NCBI GenBank assembly: GCA_028023455.1
Contig: JAQFVV010000002.1
Span: 10,106,001-10,170,000 of the forward strand
Source: Epiperipatus broadwayi
Taxonomy: Eukaryota; Animalia; Onychophora
Direction of reading: 5' to 3'
Length of the DNA: 64,000 nucleotides
Shown here: piece by piece, positions 40,883-53,709 of the stretch
How the letters are laid out: every line of letters starts with the position of its first letter
How positions within the stretch are numbered: the stretch's first letter is position 1
Position numbers and translations under genes: made by a program
Notes under the pieces: generated by a model
What the model saw: the letters and a program-made list of their open reading frames with translations, nothing else
What the model was told of the DNA's origin: nothing
Databases searched by the model: none

Positions 40883-43800
40883 TTAAATACTTTTACAAAG
40901 TGATTGTCATTGCCAAATTGTATAATGAAATCCAGGTTTAGATAGGATATAAATGAAAAGAAAATCTCAAGTTTCAATAGTAATCAATATTTTTATTAGA
41001 TAATTAATGGAAGTTAGAACACTGAGATTCTTCTTTTATATATGGAAATTAGATATTGTGATTTGGAATTCTAAATGAAAGCAGATTATATCAATTATGT
41101 CTTAATTATTTTTACAATAATATATTTTTATTTTAGACCAAAAAGTTATTTTAGAAACAAAATATGATTTATTAGATGTACTGTGATAAATGAGTACAAA
41201 TTATAGGGAAGAAGAACTGATGGCATGTACAAAATAATTGCCATAGAATTTTACCTGGCAAACTCAAAGTTTGTGAATGAGGTGTTAAAGTCTTTCATGT
41301 CTTTGAAAGACCTTGGATAATCAAAAGTCACGTGAAGTAATTTATTCTGTGTATAAGTATGATAAAGAGCATGAGTGAAGAGTGAAGCAATGAAGAGAAG
41401 ACAAAACATGTCAGTATTTTTTCCATGGATTGCACACATGGAAAAAAGGATATTTGATGAACTAGGAAAATTTTTTATTGTATGCAAAAAATAAGTAATT
41501 TATTCTGAAGAGTCAGTTATATAAAATGATAAGAATTTGTATAAATTATCATGCTTACAAAAAATATCTATAACACATACAATGAGAACAGAATTTAAAA
41601 TGGGAGAAAAGTTTTTTTCTAGTCTTATCAAGGTTTGATTTTTTTTTAAAAATATATATATACAATATATGTGTTTTTATTTAAAATACTATTTAGAAAA
41701 TTTTGTAAATATTACCTAGAATTAATTTTTTAAAAGTATATTATGGCATTAATTATTTCTTGCAAAAGAATATCTTTATTTTTTTAACATTTATTAGTCT
41801 CGTTATCTTAGTAGTCATGGATCATTGCTTAGTTGTTATAATGCTTTTGCTGTAGCTATAACAACATAATAAGTAATTTATTTTACTTTTATGATTATAT
41901 ACAATTACAAAAACGAGAATATATGATTTGTTAGCAAAAAATTTTAATAGATAATATAACAGCTATTAATTGAGCACAAACTCAACAATAAGTCTATCAT
42001 ACAAATACAAACACACACAAATATCTCCTTAATAAATGTTCACTACTATAAGTTATAAGTAAGCAACTAAATTTTATTGATATGTTTTAAATAATTATGA
42101 AAATGTAGAATTAATTTTAAAAAAAGATAGCAAATCCTGTAATTTATTTAGAACTTATGTTATTACTTAATTTTGAATCATTTAATTAGACAATATACAA
42201 ATATGTCTGTGAGCTTAATTTGTCATCCTATATATATATATGTCACTACAGACTTATAAATAAATCATATATATATATATATGTTTGTGCAAGACAGTTA
42301 GATGCATATGGATTATCATCTTATACATATGATATATTACCATAAGCTTATTATAAGTCATATCCTTCATCAAAAAAAAATACTGAAATCAGAATTTTGG
42401 CTTTATACATGAACAACAAGCTCCACTGACTATGAATTCCTCAAATATCTACACAAAGATATATTATATTGCTGTTATATGTTAGTTCAAATCTTATTAA
42501 TATATTAAAATAATTTAAAATCTTGGATATAGTAATTTTCATTGTATTCATATAATTTATAAGATTTTTATTACAAACATAAATTAATGTACATTAAATT
42601 AAATGAAACAAATTCTTCATAATAAAAAATTATTTCTTTATAGTTTATTTCTAAAGTTGTTATCTTTTAAGAATTTTCAATAATCTTTGTATAGTTATAG
42701 AGTTATTAAAATTATTAAGATTTTTTTTTTTTTAATAAATAAAAATTTTGATTATTTTTTTACCACTTTAAAATAACCTGTATTATAGGAAAGGGGGGCA
42801 ATTCAGGAATTTCATGCAACTAAATTAATTAATTTTATTTGGGGTTATGGAATGTAAAACTTAAAAAAAGAATCATGCTTAAAAAATATATACCATCAAA
42901 GTAATGCATCAAAAATTACCTTGTTTGCAATACTTGAAAGAAGTGAAATGCTAATGGGGGGGGGGAGAGATGAACTTCTTATTTATTTCACTAATACTCC
43001 ACAAATTTAATCAATAGATATTTCTTCAGTTGATAACATTCTCCATCATTAGAACTTATATCTGGCACATTCAATTTCAGATATTTTACTTATTTCAGGG
43101 TATATTTCATCAAATGTATTGAAACAATGGAAGAGAAAATAAAGACAAAAAAGTGTGATAGTAATAAAAAAAATATGTTAAATGAGCCAATTCTACAAAA
43201 TCTAAAAATATAAATTTAGAATTGACAAGAGAAAAAAAACATTGTCAAAAATAATTATAATCAAAGAATAACACAAAAATAAAAGTGAATATCTGTGATC
43301 AATCCTTGTAAACATTGACTAAAATTCATTATAGTACAAAAAAGATAAAACAATCAAACAAAATTAAGAAATAACAAGTCCATTATGCATATGCAAAAGT
43401 TAATAACTTGTAGAGAAGATTTTCCTCTGTCATTAACTAAGGTACTGATGTTCAGAAAATCAATAGACTCTCTATTGTCAAGACCTAATGGAAAATTTAT
43501 TTAGTTTACATAATGGAAGTTTATTGAAGCAGTTAACTATATAGATTCATTCTATACAAAATATAATATTTACAGTATACATTTTAATGAAGACTATTCA
43601 CTTTATGCAAAGTGCAATATTATATAACCAATCCTGTAATAAAGTCAGTGTTGTGTGTCAAAGGTTGTTCATTCTTGAATTTTTAGAAGACTATCACATA
43701 TTCAACTTTCATAAAAATAATTTTAAAGAATAATTTTTGAATACGCAGACATCATTAATATGCAGAGGAAATTGGTATTCATTTAGCATTCTTTTTACAA

Positions 43801-43887
43801 AAATGCATTAGTTTCTCAAAATGTAAAAAAAAAATAAAAAGTGATACAAGCATAAAAATTTACCACATTATAAGTAACTGGTGAAGA

Positions 43888-44058
43888 TTAAACAAGGCAA
43901 AACTCTCTCTCTATACAGTAGTGTCACCCTGTGCCAATCAGAGTAATCAATGGATGCCAGAAGACACAGGGTGGCACTACTGTATGGAGAGAGTTTTGCC
44001 TTGTTTAATAACAATTATGTGCTAGTATGAGATAGTGATCATGTAATGTTTTGTGGTT
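43888..44058 (+). mobile_element. Short fold-back copy of family H (variant subfamily)
   Basis: Arms 43887-~43933 and ~43966-44009, 49-nt tail. TAACTG(G/A)TGAA(G/A)A occurs at 43875-43887 and 44059-44071. Confidence 0.75.
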
Positions 44059-46056
44059 TAACTGATGAAAAGTCAACTTAACATTTAAAAATTATTCTAA
44101 ACTTATATTGTTATTTAAATAAACAGTTCTGACCACAATACACTAATTGGTTACTATAATTTTAATTGATATGGTGACTGGTTGTAAAATAAACAGTAGT
44201 TTAAAAATTTTATTAAGTCTTTGAGAGTCATTAGCAATTTTCTATTCAAAGCTAAGATTATAATAGTGAGTCAAAATGTTAAAGAATGAGCATTTGATCC
44301 ATTTAATAATTAAATGGAGACACAGGTAACAAAATGCATAAAGTTTGAGAAAGACAATCACCATTACTTTACTTCTAATAGGAAAGATGCTGTGCTTTGC
44401 ATTTATAGAAAAATAAAACAACAACAAAAAAGATAAATATATATATATATCATGATATTGCATTATTATCACAGTTGTTGACCTTTTGAAAGCTTTTCTG
44501 TTAAAGATTAACCTTTATTAATAAAAATTATTCTTTGGCAAGATGGAAAATCAGTTTCATCTTTTTTCATAAGATTATATTGTTCTAATCTTTTAATCAT
44601 TAATTAATATTTAATTTCTATACAATTTCTTTCAATAAACTATATTCATTATTAATTTATTTTGGAAGTATCATTATTCACTGAAACTACTATATGATTA
44701 TTTTAATTATATAATTATTTTAAACCAATAAAATATCACATAACTCTATCATCTAACCTCAGCTTACATATTGCTATTTTATCATCATAACATTTCTTTC
44801 ATCACCTCTATGCCACCTATTACCCACAGAGTAAAGATACCTATAGGTATTAAAAAACAAGATATTATAATATATAGATGCTGAACTGATTTCAGATCTA
44901 TACAAGTAAGTTGCCTTATATTGAAAGCATTTATGTGTTTTTTAGTTTGGCCCAACATCTTGATGGTATAACAAAAAGATAAATAATGGTTTCTAGAAGA
45001 AAGATGTATTAGATCCTGAATATGCACTGTTCCAAGATTCAAAACTCTTTACTGATAAAAACCATGCACTTGAAATCAGTCTAGAAATATACGATATGAC
45101 AACATGAAATAGAGATTTATTTATTAAACACTATCATTTAGTATATTCTTATTTAATAAGGTTTATTTAAACTTATGGGAAATCAAAAATCTTGATTTTT
45201 GTCTATATTAAGATATTAGACCAGAATGAAAATTGGAATCCATTTTTTTTATTATTTATAGATTGTTATTTTTACAACAGTTTGAAGATTCTACCGTTTA
45301 TATAAACTTAGACTGTTATCATGTGATTTGTAATATATATATATCGTATTATCTTAATATTTAACATAGACTCTCAATTAATTAACGCCATTATCAAGAT
45401 ATCAATAATGATTTTTTCTTCTTTTCTTCAGGCTTTTTCTGTCACGTTTACACATACCTGCTATTTATTTTACTTTTTTTTTTTTAATCTTTTCTACTTT
45501 TTAATTTTTTTGCCAACTATTGGGTCAAATGCATAGTTTAAAATGAGACTTAAACGCTTTAATTTTTGATATTCACATAAATAAGTAAGACAGAAACTTT
45601 ATCAGTCAGTACTTAACTAATTTTAAAAAAAAAAAAAAAAACACAGTTTGCACATATTAATGATTAGTTTTAATGCTTGAAGAGTGATGTAAAAAAAAAG
45701 AGAATCTTGAATTACTATTTATATCAGGAAGCTTTTTATGTGAAGTGGAATCATATTACCGCCCCTAAAGATGAGAAAGAGCAAGTCAGATTTTAAAAAG
45801 GATTCTCACATCTCTGAAATTGTATAACAACGATAATAAAAAAAATACTGAAAGAGGATTATTATATTTTCCTATCAAAATATTATTAACCTTATATATA
45901 TATAACATTATGTAATATTTTTATTGCACAATATTTTTGCAGCATGTTCTGTTTTGTACATATATTATGTATGTATTCATGTATTTGGGTTTACAATTAT
46001 TTTTTAAAAATAATGCTGCAGAGGACTGAATTCATTAAAGTTAAGAGAGTGTAATA

Positions 46057-46139
46057 GTGGCAATACGTATAGAGAGTTTTTGCCTGTTTTAATAACAGTT
46101 ATAAACAAGCATAAGAAATGGTGATCATGTGATGTTTAT
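46057..46139 (+). mobile_element. 3' fragment of family H
   Basis: GTGGCAATACGTATAGAGAGTTTTTGCCTGTTTTAATAACAG...GATCATGTGATGTTT, nearly identical to 8382-8461. Confidence 0.8.
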
Positions 46140-48473
46140 AATACTACAATAGTGAGTTGCTAGTTACTCATGCTGTTTTGGACAGAGAACATAACATATT
46201 TAAAAACATTTAAAACTTTGTACATAATTTAAAAATATGTAAAAATATTTTATACAAAAAATATTTAATAAAAATGGCAAAGAGGATTTTTATGCCATTA
46301 AATGAAAAGAACAAAGGTATATTGTTAATGAGATGAATTCGTTCTCATATGTAGTTACACATGTAGATGTTAATAATAAGCTTCAATGGTGTTAAATATA
46401 TGACTAATTCTTCGGTTATTTATTATTCAAACAAATATATTTATAGTTCAGTTAACAAAGATGAGTCAACGGGATATAATCCATTAAAATAAAGGCTATA
46501 GCATAGACAAGTAATATTAATGCATAATTAACAACACGATTAGAATTGACTATCAATTCATAAGTATTGATAAATAATAGATATTATGAAGTCTTGATAC
46601 GAGTTTGTTGTAGAAGAAATCATTTAATGTGATATCTCAGATTACATATACAAAATGCAAATTAGTTATAATATATACATATTACATATAAATAATATAT
46701 CATTATTGAAGTCATATGTATTATATGCTAAGTTTATTTTAAATTATGTAGCATTGTTTTTAAACATTTATTTAAGTTTGCTAAAATTAGCCGTTTAAAC
46801 AATTAATAAACCACAGAACTCACCTTGTTAAACAATCTAATTGATGTGATAACCAAATAGATAGAAATTCTTTGAGATAGACATTAAGACAATTTTTTAA
46901 TAATTATTATTGTGAGTATATAAAGAAAGCTGCAGAGATTAATGAATATGATATAAATAATAATGGAAGAACAGTTACAATGGGCTCAGTAATGGTATTA
47001 ATAATGAAATGTTATTATGAGTATAAACTATTGTCTTAAATAAATGTATTTACATAGATTGTAAAAAGGCATATTTTAAATGTATAAAGACATTTAAAAA
47101 AAATGCAATTTCTATATTGGTTTTTTTTTATTTTTAAAAAATAAACAAAACTTTTATAATTTGTTTATTAGTGCTATGTGATTATTAAGTGTTAAAATTT
47201 AAGAATTAGTTGTATGTGTTCATTGAGATTATCCTACATGTTTGATGTTATAAAATATTTGTTATTGCTGCTTCTCATTTGTTACTATTGTCTTTGCTCC
47301 AGATAATAGATTGCTTTCAAATAAATTTGTTACCTATTTATATATTTAATTTTTATGTTTCATATGTTTTATTTTTGTAGACAGACACAAATGTTGCATG
47401 AAGCTATTTTTCAGGAATATACATGTGCTTAACATGGTTGCAATGAATTTTATTATTTTGAATTTGAGTACATGTTTGTACTATATTAAGTTCATTGCTC
47501 AAAGATAGGTGGAATAACTAGAAAGTAGATTCTGTGACTCATGGATAATACTTAATCATTTTTAGAGATAATTTACTTTTGCTTGCCACTTGTATAGAGC
47601 AATTTATTATTAATAAAACTTTATATCAGTCAAGTGGCAAAATAAATTACATTTTAATTAAATGTCACCAGAAGAAATTGATAACATTAAATAACAGTCA
47701 ATCTCATGTATATTATTAAGACTAACAATACCACATTTCTGTGAAAATAACACCAGATCTTATATTAATTTTTGCTCCAAAAGACACTATAGGGCTTATT
47801 TCCAGGAGATGTCTTATTTTTTATATACAAAAATCTACATTTATTCAAGTCCTTTTTTTCTTTACAGGAACCTGTAAAATTCTTACTCTGGAAGTCATCC
47901 ATAATTTGTTTCTTGTAGTCACCAAAATAGTTTTTTTTTTTGTACTCATCTTATCTGATGATCAGGATATTATTCCATTTAAATTTACCATTAAATCAAG
48001 TGTTAATTGAAGGCTTGCAAGACAGGAGTTGACTATAGTTAAAAGTGATTTGTCCACACAAAAGCAGCAAAAAAATGCAAGCATAAAAATTCAGAAAATA
48101 TTTTTATTTCACACATGCACATTAAATATGTCAATTTATAACAAGCAGCATATTCAATTACAACTACATCCATTATCAAGTGTGTACATTGTAAACAGTT
48201 CCAAATTAGTTGTAATAATCCTACTTGGGTAGTCTTTTAAAAAAAAAATTTAGGAGAAAGATTGATGATTTAACTGTATTTTTATATTGGACTATTTCCA
48301 TCATCTAATATGTGTGTTGAATGTCTTTAGAAAAGTTTAATTTTGAGTTAAATGTTCCAAATGCATTCAACTGTTAGTAATATCACAGCAAACAAATGTT
48401 AATAATATCACAGCAAACAGGTTAGTATATGCACTAACTGTTAGTAATATCACAGCAAACAGGTTAGTATACG

Positions 48474-48516
48474 CACAACGTTTCGAGAGGTATTTTTCTC
48501 CCCTCTTCTTCAGGTG
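48474..48516 (-). ncRNA. Mirror copy of the same hammerhead motif (left arm)
   Basis: Exact reverse complement of 48727-48769. Confidence 0.75.
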
Positions 48517-48618
48517 TTGCTGGCCTGACCAGTGACAGTACTAGCATGGGATTCGAACCTGGGTCCTTAGATTCTTGATTATTGAAATTTAAGGTAACGT
48601 TCTAACCAACTGAGCCAT

Positions 48619-48700
48619 GGCAGGATGGCTCAGTTGGTTAGAGCATTACCTTAAATTTTAATAATCAAGAATCTAAGGACCCAGGTTCGAATCCCATGCT
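48619..48700 (+). promoter_or_regulatory. tRNA-derived Pol III internal promoter (SINE head); mirror copy on the minus strand at ~48543-48618
   Basis: A box TGGCTCAGTTGG (48626-48637) and B box GGTTCGAATCC (48684-48694). The acceptor stem does not pair, so this is not called a tRNA gene. Confidence 0.85.
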
Positions 48701-48726
48701 AGTACTGTCACTGGTCAGGCCAGCAA

Positions 48727-48769
48727 CACCTGAAGAAGAGGGGAGAAAAATACCTCTCGAAACGTTGTG
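48727..48769 (+). ncRNA. Minimal type I hammerhead ribozyme motif in the SINE body (right arm)
   Basis: CAC-CTGAAGA-A-GAGGGG(AGAAAAATA)CCTCTC-GAAACGTT-GTG: intact cores, 6-bp stem II, palindromic ACGT stem III, GUU triplet, 3-bp stem I. Confidence 0.75.
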
Positions 48770-48780
48770 CGTATACTAAC

Positions 48781-48915
48781 CTGTTTGCTGTGATATTACT
48801 AACAGTTAGTGCATATACTAACCTGTTTGCTGTGATATTATTAACATTTGTTTGCTGTGATATTACTAACAGTTGGTGCATATACTAACCTGTTTGCTGT
48901 GATATTACTAACAGT
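48781..48915 (+). repeat. 42-bp / shorter-unit tandem repeat in the SINE body
   Basis: The core TTTGCTGTGATATTA occurs four times in the right arm and three times (inverted) in the left arm at ~48370-48462. Confidence 0.9.
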
Positions 48916-51900
48916 TGAATGCATTTGGAATATTTAACTCAAAATTAAACTTTTCTAAAGACATTCAACACACATATTAGATGATGGAAATAGTCCAATA
49001 TAAAAATACAGCTAGAACACCATCATCACAAACCTTCAGAAAAACATTGATGATTTAACTTAAGATAAACTTTGATTATTAAAATCACTTGTGTTATTTT
49101 AATAAAAAAAGTTAGGGTGAAAAAATGTTTCAGAAATCAAACTATTTTTTTTAAAACTTGAATATTTAAAAGCTGCTATGATGAAAAGATCTAAGTATTA
49201 AATAAAATAAATTCCTAAATGTATATAAATGAAATTATAAATAGTACCTGATATACTTAGTTATAGTAGATAAATTGTTTTTCAATACAAGTAAAATTAT
49301 TTTTGTTGAAAATTGTCAATGGAAAAATACAAAAGAACTACATAATTTCATTATCATTTATTTAAAGCATTAATGTCAATAAAATTGTTTATTTATACTT
49401 TTATTACTTCATAATTTAAAATATGTTCATTGATGTTCTATGTGGCTAGCAATCTTAACTAGGGTTTATATTTAGAGTAGGGTTTAAATTATAAGCATCC
49501 TGAAAAATTATGCTAGGGCTTATTTTTTGGTTAGATCCCTTTTTGGGGGAAACATGGTAGTAAAAAACACACAATTTAAAAATATAAATAGCTCACTATA
49601 TATCAAAAGCTTTTAAAATCCCCTCAAAGAAACCAGTGAAAAAAAAAATTGATGGTGAAGATGTCAGTTAACTCCTAATATAGGGTGAAAACCAGTTCAA
49701 TAAAGAAAATATTTATTATTTTTATATAGTTGTTTTATTTCAATTGTGTTGGAACCATTACTGTAATAATATTATATACAATATTACAAGACAATACATA
49801 TAATATTAATAATAATAGCAATCATGACATAAACTTTTTGTTTCATATTTTTTCTTGTGAAACTAAGAACGAAATCTTCAGTGCAACCATTTAAAATCTG
49901 CAGCATGATATGATTGATAAATACTTTTTTCCATATGAGTACATTTCATATTTATTTATTAGTTTAAACTGTAATTCTAGTATGTTGCTGGATCTATAAA
50001 CAATTATAGTTTTCATCTGATAACTTCAACACTTTGTTATTCTGGAAATTAAAAAAAAGTTGAAGATAAACATTGGTTCTTAACTTCATCATCGTATATG
50101 GATTTCATATACTTTATTGACTAATAGCACTATTTAATAATTGACACATTAGAAATCTGATCCACAATATGATTAATACAGTAATTAATATATCAAAGTT
50201 TAAGTTGACATTTGATTCACTTTTAATGAGATTCTACAACCCAGTTTACTAAACATATCAATTCCACTTGTTACTGGAAGTTACAAGATGGTATATTCAT
50301 TTCTGCCCTAACAAGAGTTTTAAGGCAATGTTTAGACTATCTCATATTAAAAGTCTTAATAAATATTTTATAAACTTATAATTTAGTATCTTCATTTATA
50401 TTGTTTTATTAGGTAGGTATAAGTTATTGCTGTGCTTTTATTTAATTGCAATATAACATTTTTTTAAATTTATTTTCTCCACCTAATAAAATTAATACAA
50501 CATAATAAAATTGTGCCAGTTGGAGTTAACATTAATATAATATCTCACATTAGTTTAAACATATCACAAGAGCCTTATCAATTTCAAAATTGCAATAAAA
50601 GACATTAAGTATCTCCTATATAGTTCTGCTTATTTTTGAATTTATTCTGACTGAAATTACAAAATAATTTTCTTTTTTTTTCTTCTTGTTATCCCAAATA
50701 AATTATAAGTATTTTTATAATGCACACAGTAAATATAATTAAAATATTTATAAAATAAGGAGTAAATTTTCATTCTTATGAACTTCTGAGTTTGTTTAAA
50801 TTTGAAGTCCATTTGGCAGGATTTTTCTTTCAATATGTCTACCAGTTTTAAATGTGAACCTTTTACAATTATAAATTGACAGTAGCAATGTGTTTCATGC
50901 ATGTAGGTCAAATGGAGTTCCTACTCCATTAGTTGCAAGTTAAAATTCAATTCAATTCCATTTTTAATTCAGTTCAAATTCAGTTTTACTTTTTAATAAT
51001 TTTCAGCTTAAATTTTCAGTTTCATTATTTTCAGTTGTTATCATTTCTTCATTTAATTCTTCCTGGTTCTCCTCTATAAAAATCTATGTTGACCTATTTA
51101 TAAACTTTTATCAGAGAGGATGATTGTACAAATTAACAGAGCAATTGAATTATTGTATATGCATACATTAACATACAATTAATAATTCTCTATCTATAAG
51201 CATAAGTGATAACTAATTAAGCTGTTCAAAACTATTTTAAATTGCAATAAAAATATGCTTGAGAATTAATTATAAATATTAATTTAGAATAACTATAATT
51301 TTAAGTCTCCATGACTATTATTTAATAGTAATGAAATACCAAGTATTTCTATACTTTAATTTAATCATAATATTAATAAATTATTCTGATACTATTGAAA
51401 TTATTCTGACAGACTGCATATAAAAAGTCTCATACACAATCTGGCAGAGAGCCTATCACACATCTTGAACAGTTTAATTATTCATCACTCTCAGGAGATT
51501 TATAGATGAAGTTTATTTATTTTCATAATATAATTTAGCAATCATGATAACACACCACTGATATAATATACCTATTTGATATATTTAATTATTGTCAATT
51601 AAAATTTAAAATTTTATATAATTGACCATTTAAATAGGTCTTGACAAACATCAAGTCAACCATAAGGTTACAATATATATATAAATGATACATTTTGTGG
51701 GTTCGTCCATGTATGATTTTAATTATAAACATACTGATGTTTCAGCTTGATCTCATTAAGCCATCAACTGAGTAATGAATAAAATATTATAAAGATACTT
51801 GTAGAGGTACTGAAACACTAATTTATAACAATGCTAAAGTTCCATCAATAGAGGGGAAAAAACAGGTACATAAAATTTAAAAAATAAAATGTCAGAAAAT

Positions 51901-52385
51901 CTTAAGAGTAATTTATTATTTTTAAATATTCTTTCAAATAGAAGGAAATTTGCATATGTCACCATGTTTGATGTTAGTATTTCAATGACTTTTCTGATCT
52001 TACATTGGTAGAGAATGTCATATCTGGATAGAATTCTGGTAATAGAGTGACCGAATCCATGGCATAAAGTGCTACTGATGATGAGTGTTCTTAACTGAAT
52101 TAGCATGTTCATCTCTTCTAGTACTGATGCAATGCAAATACCACATGAAATATATGTGTTTAATTCAAATAAATGTGGCTGTACCTATCACTGAGTTATA
52201 TAAACATCAATAAACTATAAAAAGGCAGAATGATAATATCACTCTCTTTTTTAGCTTTGTTGATATATAAGCTTACTTTATTGACATAGTTTAAAAAAGA
52301 GAAAGAATTTTATCTATTATTTTAACTTATGTGTAGAATAAATAATCTGAAATTATTATTCAAATATTCAGAGGATCAAGGTATA

Positions 52386-52598
52386 ATCCCAGTTTTAACA
52401 ACCTACATAAATGTGCGTATATGTATATTCTGCAACTTTATTTCGTTTACCCACAACTATTAGATTGTTTGCTCCAACATATTACAGATGTTATCCCAGT
52501 CTTAACAACTTATATATATATATATATGTATGTATCCTGTAACTTTATTTCGTTTACACACAACTATTAGATCGTTTGCTCCAACATATTACAGATAT
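52386..52598. repeat. ~107-bp tandem duplication
   Basis: ATCCCAGT.TTAACAAC..AACTTTATTTCGTTTAC.CACAACTATTAGAT.GTTTGCTCCAACATATTACAGAT occurs twice. Confidence 0.9.
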
Positions 52599-53709
52599 TA
52601 TTGGCCTATATATGCTTCAAATTAACTGCCTAAATGAAGACTGAAATAATTAATAGAGTATTATACCCAAATCATAATGCTTGATCATTAATAATTATCT
52701 ACTCTTTCTTTTCATCCATTCAACATGATTATTCTAAGTTCACATTTGAAACTAAGTTATAAAAAATAAGACTTTCATAATATAGTTATTTTTGTTTTGA
52801 TTTTTTATATATTTTATATTTTTTATATGTTGCTGTATTATTTTTAAATTTTACTATTTATGAGTACTAATAGTTATTACTATTCTGTATTATCTTCTAA
52901 AGCACATTTTACTTTTTAATAAATATTTAAACTGAAAAATGTACTTATTTTTAGCCCTTAGATAAATAGCTGAATTATTTCTCTCTTTCATGGTTATATT
53001 TTATAGTTATTATATACCTTCAATCTAAAGATTAAAAAATTATACTATTCGAAAATGCTTTTCTTTCATTTCTAGATTAATATTAACAGTCTTAATTTTA
53101 TTTAATTGTGGTGGTTCTTTTGTTTTTATATTTAAAGGATAAATAACCAATTTATTCATTGATGCTACTAATTTTTTGTCTTTTATTATAATTGAATGTT
53201 TTTCACTGTTTAAAAACAAGTCAATATCCAAATACCAAACAAATTAAATTTAATTATATTTTTTATTTTGCCTTTGTTTGATGCACCAATCGATTGATCC
53301 TCATTCATCATATTTTACAAATATCTTATATAAATAGAGTTGATCATGGGTTTGGCTTCAGATTTTTTATGTCAAAAAGAAGCATATCTTTAGTCAATAT
53401 GAATTGATAAAGGATTATACTTTTATAATTGCATTTTTTTGATCTTCCAATTGATAGAAATTTGCAAAATAGCATAGTAAGATGTAAATTCAGTTTAATT
53501 TTTATGATCATTCAGTATATAATATTGCCATAGTCTAGATTGCTAAAATCACAATATCTTTAAAGTATTTTTTGATAAGGATTTTTCTAGAATATATCTG
53601 ATTTGTCTGCATTTAAAACATTTAAATTTTCACTTTTCATTATAATTATAATTGAAACTTCAAAATCTTTATCAAGTGATATATATTTTTTAATTGCAAT
53701 AAAATTTTA

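Larger units (their letters stand above)
48276..49045 (+). mobile_element. Head-to-head palindromic insertion of a tRNA-derived SINE carrying a hammerhead motif
   Basis: Arms 48274-48618 and 48625-49011 differ by about four substitutions plus one extra 42-bp unit. Loop GGCAGG; 34-nt tail 49012-49045; exact 15-bp direct repeat ATTGATGATTTAACT at 48261-48275 and 49046-49060. Confidence 0.9.
47731..49557. mobile_element. Old non-autonomous pogo/Tigger-type DNA transposon, host of the SINE hairpin
   Basis: TA-flanked degenerate TIRs CCACATTTCTGTGAAAATAA (47731) and GGGGAAACATGG (to 49557), with repeated TAGGGCTTAT subterminal motifs. The resemblance to pogo-type termini is recalled, not searched. 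Confidence 0.55.

Noticed and set aside
48619-48700. Functional tRNA gene
   Set aside because: The acceptor and T stems do not pair properly, the anticodon region is expanded and AT-rich, and the sequence continues into a repeat body; it fits a SINE head.
48781-48915. CRISPR-like array
   Set aside because: The units are contiguous tandem repeats without unique spacers, in a eukaryotic context with no cas genes.
52066-52108. Hammerhead at GCTA-CTGATGAT..TAGC
   Set aside because: Stem I and CUGAUGA are present, but there is no GAAA or NUH in the required position.
51834-52112. Host exon or 92-aa ORF on the minus strand
   Set aside because: Several frames are partly open, but none gives a recognisable domain or an unambiguous splice pair.
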